This document shows, in pieces, positions 38,191-50,267 of a stretch of 64,000 nucleotides of DNA (within the stretch, counting starts at the first letter, position 1; every line of letters starts with the position of its first letter). The stretch lies in contig NC_092377.1 in assembly GCF_030028105.1 (NCBI RefSeq), positions 3,787,079 through 3,851,078 on the forward strand, in the 5' to 3' direction. The notes beneath the pieces were generated by a model. The model did not search any database and was not told the DNA's origin. It saw only the letters and a program-made list of their open reading frames with translations. The position numbers and the translations under genes are program-made. The DNA is from Mobula birostris. Its lineage: Eukaryota.

Positions 38191-41100
38191 GTAAGTTACA
38201 GTGTGTTTCTGTGGGTGTGTACCTGTGTGTTTCTGTGGGTGTGTACCTGTGTGTTTCTGTGGGTACGTATCTGTGTGTTTCTGTGGGTACGTACCTGTGT
38301 GTTTCTGTGGGTACGTACATGTGTGTCTCTGTGGGTACGTACCTGTGTGTTTCTGTGGGTGTGTATCTGTGTATTTCTGTGGATACGTACCTGTGTGTTT
38401 CTGTGAGTACATGCCTGTGTGTTTCTGTGGGTGTGTACCTGTGTGTTTCTGTGAGTACATGCCTGTGTGTTTCTGTGGGTATGTGTCTGTGTGTTTCTGT
38501 CGGTATGTACCTGTGTGTTTCTGTGGGTGTGTATCTGTGTGTTTCTGTGGGTGTGTACCTGTGTGTTTCTGTGGGTACGTATCTGTGTGTTTCTGTGGGT
38601 ACGTACCTGTGTGTTTCTGTGGGTGTGTATCTGTGTATTTCTGTGGATACGTACCTGCGTGTTTCTGTGAGTACATGCCTGTGTGTTTCTGTGGGTATGT
38701 ACCTGTGTGTTTCCGTGGGTAAGTTAGAGTGTGTTTCTGTTGGTACGTACCTGTGTGTTTCTGTGGGTGTGTGTCTGTGTGTTTCTGTCGGTACGTACCT
38801 GTGTGTTTCTGTGGGTGTGTATCTGTGTGTTTCTGTGGATACGTACCTGTGTGTTTCTGTTGGTACGTACCTGTGTGTTTCTATGGGTGTGTACTTGTGT
38901 GTTTCTGTGGGTATGTACCTGTGTGTTTCTGTGGGTACGCACATGTGTGTTTCTGTGGGTAAGTTAGAGTATGTTTCTGTGGGCACGTATCTGTGTGCTT
39001 CTGTGGGTACGTACCTGTGTGTTTCTGTGGGTGTGTATCTGTGTATTTCTGTGGATACGTACCTGTGTGTTTCTGTGAGTACATGCCTGTGTGTTTCTGT
39101 GGGTATGTACCTGTGTGTTTCTGTGGGTAAGTTAGAGTGTGTTTCTGTTGGTACGTACCTGTGTGTTTCTGTGGGTATGTGTCTGTGTGTTTCTGTCGGT
39201 ACGCACCTGTGTGTTTCTGTGGGTGTGTATCTGTGTGTTTCTGTGTGTTTCTGTGGATACGTACCTGTGTGTTTCTGTCGGTACGTACCTGTGTGTTTCT
39301 GTGGGTGTGTACCTGTGTGTTTCTGTGGGTACGTATCTGTGTGTCTCTGTGGGTACGTACCTGTGTGTTTCTGTGGGTGTGTATCTGTGTATTTCTGTGG
39401 ATACGTACCTGTGTGTTTCTGTGAGTACATGCCTGTGTGTTTCTGTGGGTGTGTACCTGTGTGTTTCTGTGAGTACATGCCTGTGTGTTTCTGTGGGTAT
39501 GTGTCTGTGTGTTTCTGTCGGTATGTACCTGTGTGTTTCTGTGGGTGTGTATCTGTGTGTTTCTGTGGGTGTGTACCTGTGTGTTTCTGTGGGTACGTAT
39601 CTGTGTGTTTCTGTGGGTACGTACCTGTGTGTTTCTGTGGGTGTGTATCTGTGTATTTCTGTGGATACGTACCTGTGTGTTTCTGTGAGTACATGCCTGT
39701 GTGTTTCTGTGGGTATGTACCTGTGTGTTTCCGTGGGTAAGTTAGAGTGTGTTTCTGTTGGTACGTACCTGTGTGTTTCTGTGGGTGTGTGTCTGTGTGT
39801 TTCTGTTGGTACGTACCTGTGTGTTTCTGTGGGTGTGTATCTGTGTGTTTCTGTGGATACGTACCTGTGTGTTTCTGTTGGTACGTACCTGTGTGTTTCT
39901 ATGGGTGTGTACTTGTGTGTTTCTGTGGGTATGTACCTGTGTGTTTCTGTGGGTACGCACATGTGTGTTTCTGTGGGTAAGTTAGAGTATGTTTCTGTGG
40001 GTACCTATCTGTATGTTTCTGTGGGTACGTACCTGTGTGTTTCTGTGGGTGTGTATCTGTGTATTTCTGTGGATACGTACCTGTGTGTTTCTGTGAGTAC
40101 ATGCCTGTGTGTTTCTGTGGGTATGTACCTGTGTGTTTCTGTGGGTACGTACCTGTGTGTTTCTGTGAGTACATGCCTGTGTGTTTCTGTGGGTATGTAC
40201 CTGTGTGTTTCTGTGGGTAAGTTAGAGTGTGTTGCTGTTGGTACGTACCTGTGTGTTTCTGTGGGTATGTGTCTGTGTGTTTCTGTCGGTACGCACCTGT
40301 GTGTTTCTGTGGGTATGTATCTGTGTGTTTCTGTGGGTGTGTATCTGTGTGTTTCTGTGGGTAAGTTAGAGTGTATTTCTGTGGGTATGTACCTGTGTGT
40401 TTCTGTGGGTGTGTATCTGTGTGTTTCTGTGGGTGTGTATCTGTGTGTTCCTGTGGATACGTACCTGTGTGTTTCTGTTGGTACGTACCTGTGTGTTTCT
40501 ATGAGTGTGTACCTGTGTGTTTCTGTGGGCATGTACCTGTGTGTTTCTGTGGGTACGCACATGTGTGTTTCTGTGGGTAAGTTAGAGTGTGTTTCTGTGA
40601 GTACATGCCTGTGTGTTTCTGTGGGTATGTACCTGTGTGTTTCTGTGAGTACATGCCTGTGTGTTTCTGTGGGTATGTACCTGTGTGTTTCTGTGAGTAC
40701 ATGCCTGTGTATTTCTGTGGGTATGTACCTGTGTGTTTCTGTGGGTAAGTTAGAGTGTGTTTCTGTTGGTACGTACCTGTGTGTTTCTGTGGGTATGTGT
40801 CTGTGTGTTTCTGTGGGTACGTACCTGTGTGTTTCTGTGGGTGTGTACCTGTGTGTTTCTGTGGGTATGTACCTGTGTGTTTCTGTGGGTACGCACATGT
40901 GTGTTTCTGTGGGTAAGTTAGAGTGTGTTTCTGTGGGTACGTATCTGTGTGTTTCTGTGGGTACGTACCTGTGTGTTTCTGTGGGTGTGTATCTGTGTAT
41001 TTCTGTGGATACGTACCTGTGTGTTTCTGTGAGTACATGCCTGTGTGTTTCTGTGGGTGTGTACCCGTGTGTTTCTGTGAGTACATGCCTGTGTGTTTCT

Positions 41101-44100
41101 GTGGGTATGTGTCTCTGTGTTTCTGTCGGTATGTACCTGTGTGTTTCTGTGGGTGTGTATCTGTGTGTTTCTGTGGGTGTGTACCTGTGTGTTTCTGTGG
41201 GTACGTATCTGTGTGTTTCTGTGGGTACGTACCTGTGTGTTTCTGTGGGTGTGTATCTGTGTATTTCTGTGGATACGTACCTGTGTGTTTCTGTGAGTAC
41301 CTGCCTGTGTGTTTCTGTGGGTATGTACCTGTGTGTTTCTGTGGGTACGTACCTGTGTGTTTCTGTGAGTGCATGCCTGTGTGTTTCTGTGGGTATGTAC
41401 CTGTGTGTTTCTGTGGGTAAGTTAGAGTGTGTTTCTGTTGGTACGTACCTGTGTGCTTCTGTGGGTATGTGTCTGTGTGTTTCTGTCGGTACGCACCTGT
41501 GTGTTTCTATGAGTGTGTACCTGTGTGTTTCTGTGGGCATGTACCTGTGTGTTTCTGTGGGTACGCACATGTGTGTTTCTGTGGGTAAGTTAGAGTGTGT
41601 TTCTGTGAGTACATGCCTGTGTGTTTCTGTGGGTATGTACCTGTGTGTTTCTGTGAGTACATGCCTGTGTGTTTCTGTGGGTATGTACCTGTGTGTTTCT
41701 GTGAGTACATGCCTGTGTGTTTCTGTGGGTACATACCTGTGTGTTTCTGTGGGTAAGTTAGAGTGTATTTCTGTGGGTATGTACCTGTGTGTTTCTGTGG
41801 GTAAGTTAGAGTGTATTTCTGTGGGTATGTACCTGTGTGTTTCTGTGGGTGTGTATCTGTGTGTTTCTGTGGGTGTGTATCTGTGTGTTTCTGTGGATAC
41901 GTACCTGTGTGTTTCTGTTGGTACGTACCTGTGTGTTTCTATGAGTGTGTACCTGTGTGTTTCTGTGGGCATGTACCTGTGTGTTTCTGTGGGTACGCAC
42001 ATGTGTGTTTCTGTGGGTAAGTTAGAGTGTGTTTCTGTGAGTACATGCCTGTGTGTTTCTGTGGGTATGTACCTGTGTGTTTCCGTGGGTAAGTTAGAGT
42101 GTGTTTCTGTTGGTACGTACCTGTGTGTTTCTGTGGGTGTGTGTCTGTGTGTTTCTGTCGGTACGTACCTGTGTGTTTCTGTGGGTGTGTATCTGTGTGT
42201 TTCTGTGGATACGTACCTGTGTGTTTCTGTTGGTACGTACCTGTGTGTTTCTATGGGTGTGTACTTGTGTGTTTCTGTGGGTATGTACCTGTGTGTTTCT
42301 GTGGGCACGTATCTGTGTGTTTCTGTGGGTACGTACCTGTGTGTTTCTGTGGGTGTGTATCTGTGTATTTCTGTGGATACGTACCTGTGTGTTTCTGTGA
42401 GTACATGCCTGTGTGTTTCTGTGGGTGTGTACCCGTGTGTTTCTGTGAGTACATGCCTGTGTGTTTCTGTGGGTATGTGTCTCTGTGTTTCTGTCGGTAT
42501 GTACCTGTGTGTTTCTGTGGGTGTGTATCTGTGTGTTTCTGTGGGTGTGTACCTGTGTGTTTCTGTGGGTACGTATCTGTGTGTTTCTGTGGGTACGTAC
42601 CTGTGTGTTTCTGTGGGTGTGTATCTGTGTATTTCTGTGGATACGTACCTGTGTGTTTCTGTGAGTACCTGCCTGTGTGTTTCTGTGGGTATGTACCTGT
42701 GTGTTTCTGTGGGTACGTACCTGTGTGTTTCTGTGAGTGCATGCCTGTGTGTTTCTGTGGGTATGTACCTGTGTGTTTCTGTGGGTAAGTTAGAGTGTGT
42801 TTCTGTTGGTACGTACCTGTGTGCTTCTGTGGGTATGTGTCTGTGTGTTTCTGTCGGTACGCACCTGTGTGTTTCTATGAGTGTGTACCTGTGTGTTTCT
42901 GTGGGCATGTACCTGTGTGTTTCTGTGGGTACGCACATGTGTGTTTCTGTGGGTAAGTTAGAGTGTGTTTCTGTGAGTACATGCCTGTGTGTTTCTGTGG
43001 GTATGTACCTGTGTGTTTCTGTGAGTACATGCCTGTGTGTTTCTGTGGGTATGTACCTGTGTGTTTCTGTGAGTACATGCCTGTGTGTTTCTGTGGGTAC
43101 ATACCTGTGTGTTTCTGTGGGTAAGTTAGAGTGTATTTCTGTGGGTATGTACCTGTGTGTTTCTGTGGGTAAGTTAGAGTGTATTTCTGTGGGTATGTAC
43201 CTGTGTGTTTCTGTGGGTGTGTATCTGTGTGTTTCTGTGGGTGTGTATCTGTGTGTTTCTGTGGATACGTACCTGTGTGTTTCTGTTGGTACGTACCTGT
43301 GTGTTTCTATGAGTGTGTACCTGTGTGTTTCTGTGGGCATGTACCTGTGTGTTTCTGTGGGTACGCACATGTGTGTTTCTGTGGGTAAGTTAGAGTGTGT
43401 TTCTGTGAGTACATGCCTGTGTGTTTCTGTGGGTATGTACCTGTGTGTTTCCGTGGGTAAGTTAGAGTGTGTTTCTGTTGGTACGTACCTGTGTGTTTCT
43501 GTGGGTGTGTGTCTGTGTGTTTCTGTCGGTACGTACCTGTGTGTTTCTGTGGGTGTGTATCTGTGTGTTTCTGTGGATACGTACCTGTGTGTTTCTGTTG
43601 GTACGTACCTGTGTGTTTCTATGGGTGTGTACTTGTGTGTTTCTGTGGGTATGTACCTGTGTGTTTCTGTGGGTACGCACATGTGTGTTTCTGTGGGTAA
43701 GTTAGAGTATGTTTCTGTGGGTACGTATCTGTGTGTTTCTGTGGGTACGTACCTGTGTGTTTCTGTGGGTGTGTATCTGTGTATTTCTGTGGATACGTAC
43801 CTGTGTGTTTCTGTGAGTACATGCCTGTGTGTTTCTGTGGGTATGTACCTGTGTGTTTCTGTGGGTACGTACCTGTGTGTTTCTGTGAGTACATGCCTGT
43901 GTGTTTCTGTGGGTATGTACCTGTGTGTTTCTGTGGGTAAGTTAGAGTGTGTTTCTGTTGGTACGTACCTGTGTGTTTCTGTGGGTATGTGTCTGTGTGT
44001 TTCTGTCGGTACGCACCTGTGTGTTTCTGTGGGTATGTATCTGTGTGTTTCTGTGGTTGTGTATCTGTGTGTTTCTGTGGGTAAGTTAGAGTGTATTTCT

Positions 44101-47100
44101 GTGGGTATGTACCTGTGTGTTTCTGTGGGTGTGTATCTGTGTGTTTCTGTGGGTGTGTATCTGTGTGTTCCTGTGGATACGTACCTGTGTGTTTCTGTTG
44201 GTACGTACCTGTGTGTTTCTATGAGTGTGTACCTGTGTGTTTCTGTGGGCATGTACCTGTGTGTTTCTGTGGGTACGCACATGTGTGTTTCTGTTGGTAA
44301 GTTAGAGTGTGTTTCTGTGAGTACATGCCTGTGTGTTTCTGTGGGTATGTACCTGTGTGTTTCTGTGAGTACATGCCTGTGTGTTTCTGTGGGTATGTAC
44401 CTGTGTGTTTCTGTGAGTACATGCCTGTGTATTTCTGTGGGTATGTACCTGTGTGTTTCTGTGGGTAAGTTAGAGTGTGTTTCTGTTGGTACGTACCTGT
44501 GTGTTTCTGTGGGTATGTGTCTGTGTGTTTTTGTGGGTACGTACCTGTGTGTTTCTGTGGGTGTGTACCTGTGTGTTTCTGTGGGTATGTACCTGTGTGT
44601 TTCTGTGGGTACGCACATGTGTGTTTCTGTGGGTAAGTTAGAGTGTGTTTCTGTGGGTACGTATCTGTGTGTTTCTGTGGGTACGTACCTGTGTGTTTCT
44701 GTGGGTGTGTATCTGTGTATTTCTGTGGATACGTACCTGTGTGTTTCTGTGAGTACATGCCTGTGTGTTTCTGTGGGTGTGTACCCGTGTGTTTCTGTGA
44801 GTACATGCCTGTGTGTTTCTGTGGGTATGTGTCTCTGTGTTTCTGTCGGTATGTACCTGTGTGTTTCTGTGGGTGTGTATCTGTGTGTTTCTGTGGGTGT
44901 GTACCTGTGTGTTTCTGTGGGTACATATCTGTGTGTTTCTGTGGGTACGTACCTGTGTGTTTCTGTGGGTGTGTATCTGTGTATTTCTGTGGATACGTAC
45001 CTGTGTGTTTCTGTGAGTACCTGCCTGTGTGTTTCTGTGGGTATGTACCTGTGTGTTTCTGTGGGTACGTACCTGTGTGCTTCTGTGGGTATGTGTCTGT
45101 GTGTTTCTGTCGGTACGCACCTGTGTGTTTCTATGAGTGTGTACCTGTGTGTTTCTGTGGGCATGTACCTGTGTGTTTCTGTGGGTACGCACATGTGTGT
45201 TTCTGTGGGTAAGTTAGAGTGTGTTTCTGTGAGTACATGCCTGTGTGTTTCTGTGGGTATGTACCTGTGTGTTTCTGTGAGTACATGCCTGTGTGTTTCT
45301 GTGGGTATGTACCTGTGTGTTTCTGTGAGTACATGCCTGTGTGTTTCTGTGGGTACATACCTGTGTGTTTCTGTGGGTAAGTTAGAGTGTATTTCTGTGG
45401 GTATGTACCTGTGTGTTTCTGTGGGTAAGTTAGAGTGTATTTCTGTGGGTATGTACCTGTGTGTTTCTGTGGGTGTGTATGTGTGTGTTTCTGTGGGTGT
45501 GTATCTGTGTGTTTCTGTGGATACGTACCTGTGTGTTTCTGTTGGTACGTACCTGTGTGTTTCTATGAGTGTGTACCTGTGTGTTTCTGTGGGCATGTAC
45601 CTGTGTGTTTCTGTGGGTACGCACATGTGTGTTTCTGTGGGTAAGTTAGAGTGTGTTTCTGTGAGTACATGCCTGTGTGTTTCTGTGGGTATGTACCTGT
45701 GTGTTTCCGTGGGTAAGTTAGAGTGTGTTTCTGTTGGTACGTACCTGTGTGTTTCTGTGGGTGTGTATCTGTGTGTTTCTGTGGGTGTGTACCTGTGTGT
45801 TTCTGTGGGTACATATCTGTGTGTTTCTGTGGGTACGTACCTGTGTGTTTCTGTGGGTGTGTATCTGTGTATTTCTGTGGATACGTACCTGTGTGTTTCT
45901 GTGAGTACCTGCCTGTGTGTTTCTGTGGGTATGTACCTGTGTGTTTCTGTGGGTACGTACCTGTGTGCTTCTGTGGGTATGTGTCTGTGTGTTTCTGTCG
46001 GTACGCACCTGTGTGTTTCTATGAGTGTGTACCTGTGTGTTTCTGTGGGCATGTACCTGTGTGTTTCTGTGGGTACGCACATGTGTGTTTCTGTGGGTAA
46101 GTTAGAGTGTGTTTCTGTGAGTACATGCCTGTGTGTTTCTGTGGGTATGTACCTGTGTGTTTCTGTGAGTACATGCCTGTGTGTTTCTGTGGGTATGTAC
46201 CTGTGTGTTTCTGTGAGTACATGCCTGTGTGTTTCTGTGGGTACATACCTGTGTGTTTCTGTGGGTAAGTTAGAGTGTATTTCTGTGGGTATGTACCTGT
46301 GTGTTTCTGTGGGTAAGTTAGAGTGTATTTCTGTGGGTATGTACCTGTGTGTTTCTGTGGGTGTGTATGTGTGTGTTTCTGTGGGTGTGTATCTGTGTGT
46401 TTCTGTGGATACGTACCTGTGTGTTTCTGTTGGTACGTACCTGTGTGTTTCTATGAGTGTGTACCTGTGTGTTTCTGTGGGCATGTACCTGTGTGTTTCT
46501 GTGGGTACGCACATGTGTGTTTCTGTGGGTAAGTTAGAGTGTGTTTCTGTGAGTACATGCCTGTGTGTTTCTGTGGGTATGTACCTGTGTGTTTCCGTGG
46601 GTAAGTTAGAGTGTGTTTCTGTTGGTACGTACCTGTGTGTTTCTGTGGGTGTGTGTCTGTGTGTTTCTGTCGGTACGTACCTGTGTGTTTCTGTGGGTGT
46701 GTATCTGTGTGTTTCTGTGGATACGTACCTGTGTGTTTCTGTTGGTACGTACCTGTGTGTTTCTATGGGTGTGTACTTGTGTGTTTCTGTGGGTATGTAC
46801 CTGTGTGTTTCTGTGGGTACGCACATGTGTGTTTCTGTGGGTAAGTTAGAGTATGTTTCTGTGGGCACGTATCTGTGTGTTTCTGTGGGTACGTACCTGT
46901 GTGTTTCTGTGGGTGTGTATCTGTGTATTTCTGTGGATACGTACCTGTGTGTTTCTGTGAGTACATGCCTGTGTGTTTCTGTGGGTATGTACCTGTGTGT
47001 TTCTGTGGGTACGTACCTGTGTGTTTCTGTGGGTATGTGTCTGTGTGTTTCTGTGTGTTTCTGTGGATACGTACCTGTGTGTTTCTGTCGGTACGTACCT

Positions 47101-50100
47101 GTGTGTTTCTGTGGGTGTGTACCTGTGTGTTTCTGTGGGTACGTATCTGTGTGTCTCTGTGGGTACGTACCTGTGTGTTTCTGTGGGTGTGTATCTGTGT
47201 ATTTCTGTGGATACGTACCTGTGTGTTTCTGTGAGTACATTCCTGTGTGTTTCTGTGGGTGTGTACCTGTGTGTTTCTGTGAGTACATGCCTGTGTGTTT
47301 CTGTGGGTATGTGTCTGTGTGTTTCTGTCGGTATGTACCTGTGTGTTTCTGTGGGTGTGTATCTGTGTGTTTCTGTGGGTGTGTACCTGTGTGTTTCTGT
47401 GGGTACGTATCTGTGTGTTTCTGTGGGTACGTACCTGTGTGTTTCTGTGGGTGTGTATCTGTGTATTTCTGTGGATACGTACCTGTGTGTTTCTGTGAGT
47501 ACATGCCTGTGTGTTTCTGTGGGTATGTACCTGTGTGTTTCCGTGGGTAAGTTAGAGTGTGTTTCTGTTGGTACGTACCTGTGTGTTTCTGTGGGTGTGT
47601 GTCTGTGTGTTTCTGTCGGTACGTACCTGTGTGTTTCTGTGGGTGTGTATCTGTGTGTTTCTGTGGATACGTACCTGTGTGTTTCTGTTGGTACGTACCT
47701 GTGTGTTTCTATGGGTGTGTACTTGTGTGTTTCTGTGGGTACGTATCTGTGTGTTTCTGTGGGTACGTACCTGTGTGTTTCTGTGGGTGTGTATCTGTGT
47801 ATTTCTGTGGATACGTACCTGTGTGTTTCTGTGAGTACATGCCTGTGTGTTTCTGTGGGTATGTACCTGTGTGTTTCTGTGGGTACGTACCTGTGTGTTT
47901 CTGTGAGTACATGCCTGTGTGTTTCTGTGGGTATGTACCTGTGTGTTTCTGTGGGTAAGTTAGAGTGTGTTTCTGTTGGTACGTACCTGTGTGTTTCTGT
48001 GGGTATGTGTCTGTGTGTTTCTGTCGGTACGCACCTGTGTGTTTCTGTGGGTATGTATCTGTGTGTTTCTGTGGGTGTGTATCTGTGTGTTTCTGTGGGT
48101 AAGTTAGAGTGTATTTCTGTGGGTATGTACCTGTGTGTTTCTGTGGGTGTGTATCTGTGTGTTTCTGTGGGTGTGTATCTGTGTGTTCCTGTGGATACGT
48201 ACCTGTGTGTTTCTGTTGGTACGTACCTGTGTGTTTCTATGAGTGTGTACCTGTGTGTTTCTGTGGGCATGTACCTGTGTGTTTCTGTGGGTACGCACAT
48301 GTGTGTTTCTGTGGGTAAGTTAGAGTGTGTTTCTGTGAGTACATGCCTGTGTGTTTCTGTGGGTATGTACCTGTGTGTTTCTGTGAGTACATGCCTGTGT
48401 GTTTCTGTGGGTATGTACCTGTGTGTTTCTGTGAGTACATGCCTGTGTATTTCTGTGGGTATGTACCTGTGTGTTTCTGTGGGTAAGTTAGAGTGTGTTT
48501 CTGTTGGTACGTACCTGTGTGTTTCTGTGGGTATGTGTCTGTGTGTTTCTGTGGGTACGTACCTGTGTGTTTCTGTGGGTGTGTACCTGTGTGTTTCTGT
48601 GGGTATGTACCTGTGTGTTTCTGTGGGTACGCACATGTGTGTTTCTGTGGGTAAGTTAGAGTGTGTTTCTGTGGGTAAGTTAGAGTGTGTTTCTGTGGGT
48701 ACGTACCTGTGTGTTTCTGTGGGTGTGTATCTGTGTATTTCTGTGGATACGTACCTGTGTTTTTCTGTGAGTACATGCCTGTGTGTTTCTGTGGGTGTGT
48801 ACCCGTGTGTTTCTGTGGGTACATGCCTGTGTGTTTCTGTGGGTATGTGTCTGTGTGTTTCTGTCGGTATGTACCTGTGTGTTTCTGTGGGTGTGTATCT
48901 GTGTGTTTCTGTGGGTGTGTACCTGTGTGTTTCTGTGGGTACGTATCTGTGTGTTTCTGTGGGTACGTACCTGTGTGTTTCTGTGGGTGTGTATCTGTGT
49001 ATTTCTGTGGATACGTACCTGTGTGTTTCTGTGAGTACATGCCTGTGTGTTTCTGTGGGTATGTACCTGTGTGTTTCTGTGGGTACGTACCTGTGTGTTT
49101 CTGTGAGTACATGCCTGTGTGTTTCTGTGGGTATGTACCTGTGTGTTTCTGTGGGTAAGTTAGAGTGTGTTTCTGTTGGTACGTACCTGTGTGCTTCTGT
49201 GGGTATGTGTCTGTGTGTTTCTGTCGGTACGCACCTGTGTGTTTCTATGAGTGTGTACCTGTGTGTTTCTGTGGGCATGTACCTGTGTGTTTCTGTGGGT
49301 ACGCACATGTGTGTTTCTGTGGGTAAGTTAGAGTGTGTTTCTGTGAGTACATGCCTGTGTGTTTCTGTGGGTATGTACCTGTGTGTTTCTGTGAGTACAT
49401 GCCTGTGTGTTTCTGTGGGTATGTACCTGTGTGTTTCTGTGGGTACATACCTGTGTGTTTCTGTGGGTAAGTTAGAGTGTATTTCTGTGGGTATGTACCT
49501 GTGTGTTTCTGTGGGTAAGTTAGAGTGTATTTCTGTGGGTATGTACCTGTGTGTTTCTGTGGGTGTGTATCTGTGTGTTTCTGTGGGTGTGTATCTGTGT
49601 GTTTCTGTGGATACGTACCTGTGTGTTTCTGTTGGTACGTACCTGTGTGTTTCTATGAGTGTGTACCTGTGTGTTTCTGTGGGCATGTACCTGTGTGTTT
49701 CTGTGGGTACGCACATGTGTGTTTCTGTGGGTAAGTTAGAGTGTGTTTCTGTGAGTACATGCCTGTGTGTTTCTGTGGGTATGTACCTGTGTGTTTCTGT
49801 GAGTACATGCCTGTGTGTTTCTGTGGGTATGTACCTGTGTGTTTCTGTGAGTACATGCCTGTGTGTTTCTGTGGGTAAGTTAGAGTGTATTTCTGTGGGT
49901 ATGTACCTGTGTGTTTCTGTGGGTAAGTTAGAGTGTGTTTCTGTTGGTACGTACCTGTGTGTTTCTGTGGGTATGTGTCTGTGTGTTTCTGTCGGTACGT
50001 ACTTGTGTGTATCTGTGTGTTTCTGTGGGTGTGTATCTGTGTGTTTCTGTCGGTACGTACCTGTGTGTTTCTGTGGGTACGTACCTGTGTGTTTCTGTGG

Positions 50101-50244
50101 GTATGTGTCTGTGTGTATCTGTCGGTACGTACCTGTGTGTTTCTGTGGGTACGTATCTGTGTGTTTCTGTGGGTACGTACCTGTGTGTTTCTGTTGGTAT
50201 GTACCTGTGTGTTTCTGTGGGTACGTACCTGTGTGTTTCTGTGG
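38175..50244 (+). repeat. 24-bp minisatellite, ~12 kb and ~500 units, with higher-order structure
   Basis: A near-constant 16-mer CTGTGTGTTTCTGTGG plus a variable 8-mer (GTACGTAC, GTATGTAC, GTGTGTAT, GTAAGTTA and others), with three 10-nt register shifts. Confidence 0.98.
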
Positions 50245-50267
50245 CTACTGTGGTGAGGGTTGCATAC

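Noticed and set aside
38048-49716. Minus-strand (PTETHRYV)n ORFs (548, 2499 and 956 aa) as a mucin-like gene
   Set aside because: No signal peptide, splice context or unique domain; the frame breaks at the same register shifts. The repeat's origin is explained by the plus-strand leader junction.
38175-50244. CRISPR-like array (constant 16-mer plus variable 8-mer)
   Set aside because: Vertebrate context with no cas genes. The variable parts are only 8 nt, come from a small related set, and recur in duplicated blocks.
38175-50244. Tandem recombination signal sequences on the minus strand (CACAGGT or CACAGAA heptamer-like; ACAGAAACA nonamer-like)
   Set aside because: The unit geometry gives heptamer-nonamer spacers of 8, 10, 18, 32 or 34 nt, never 12 or 23.
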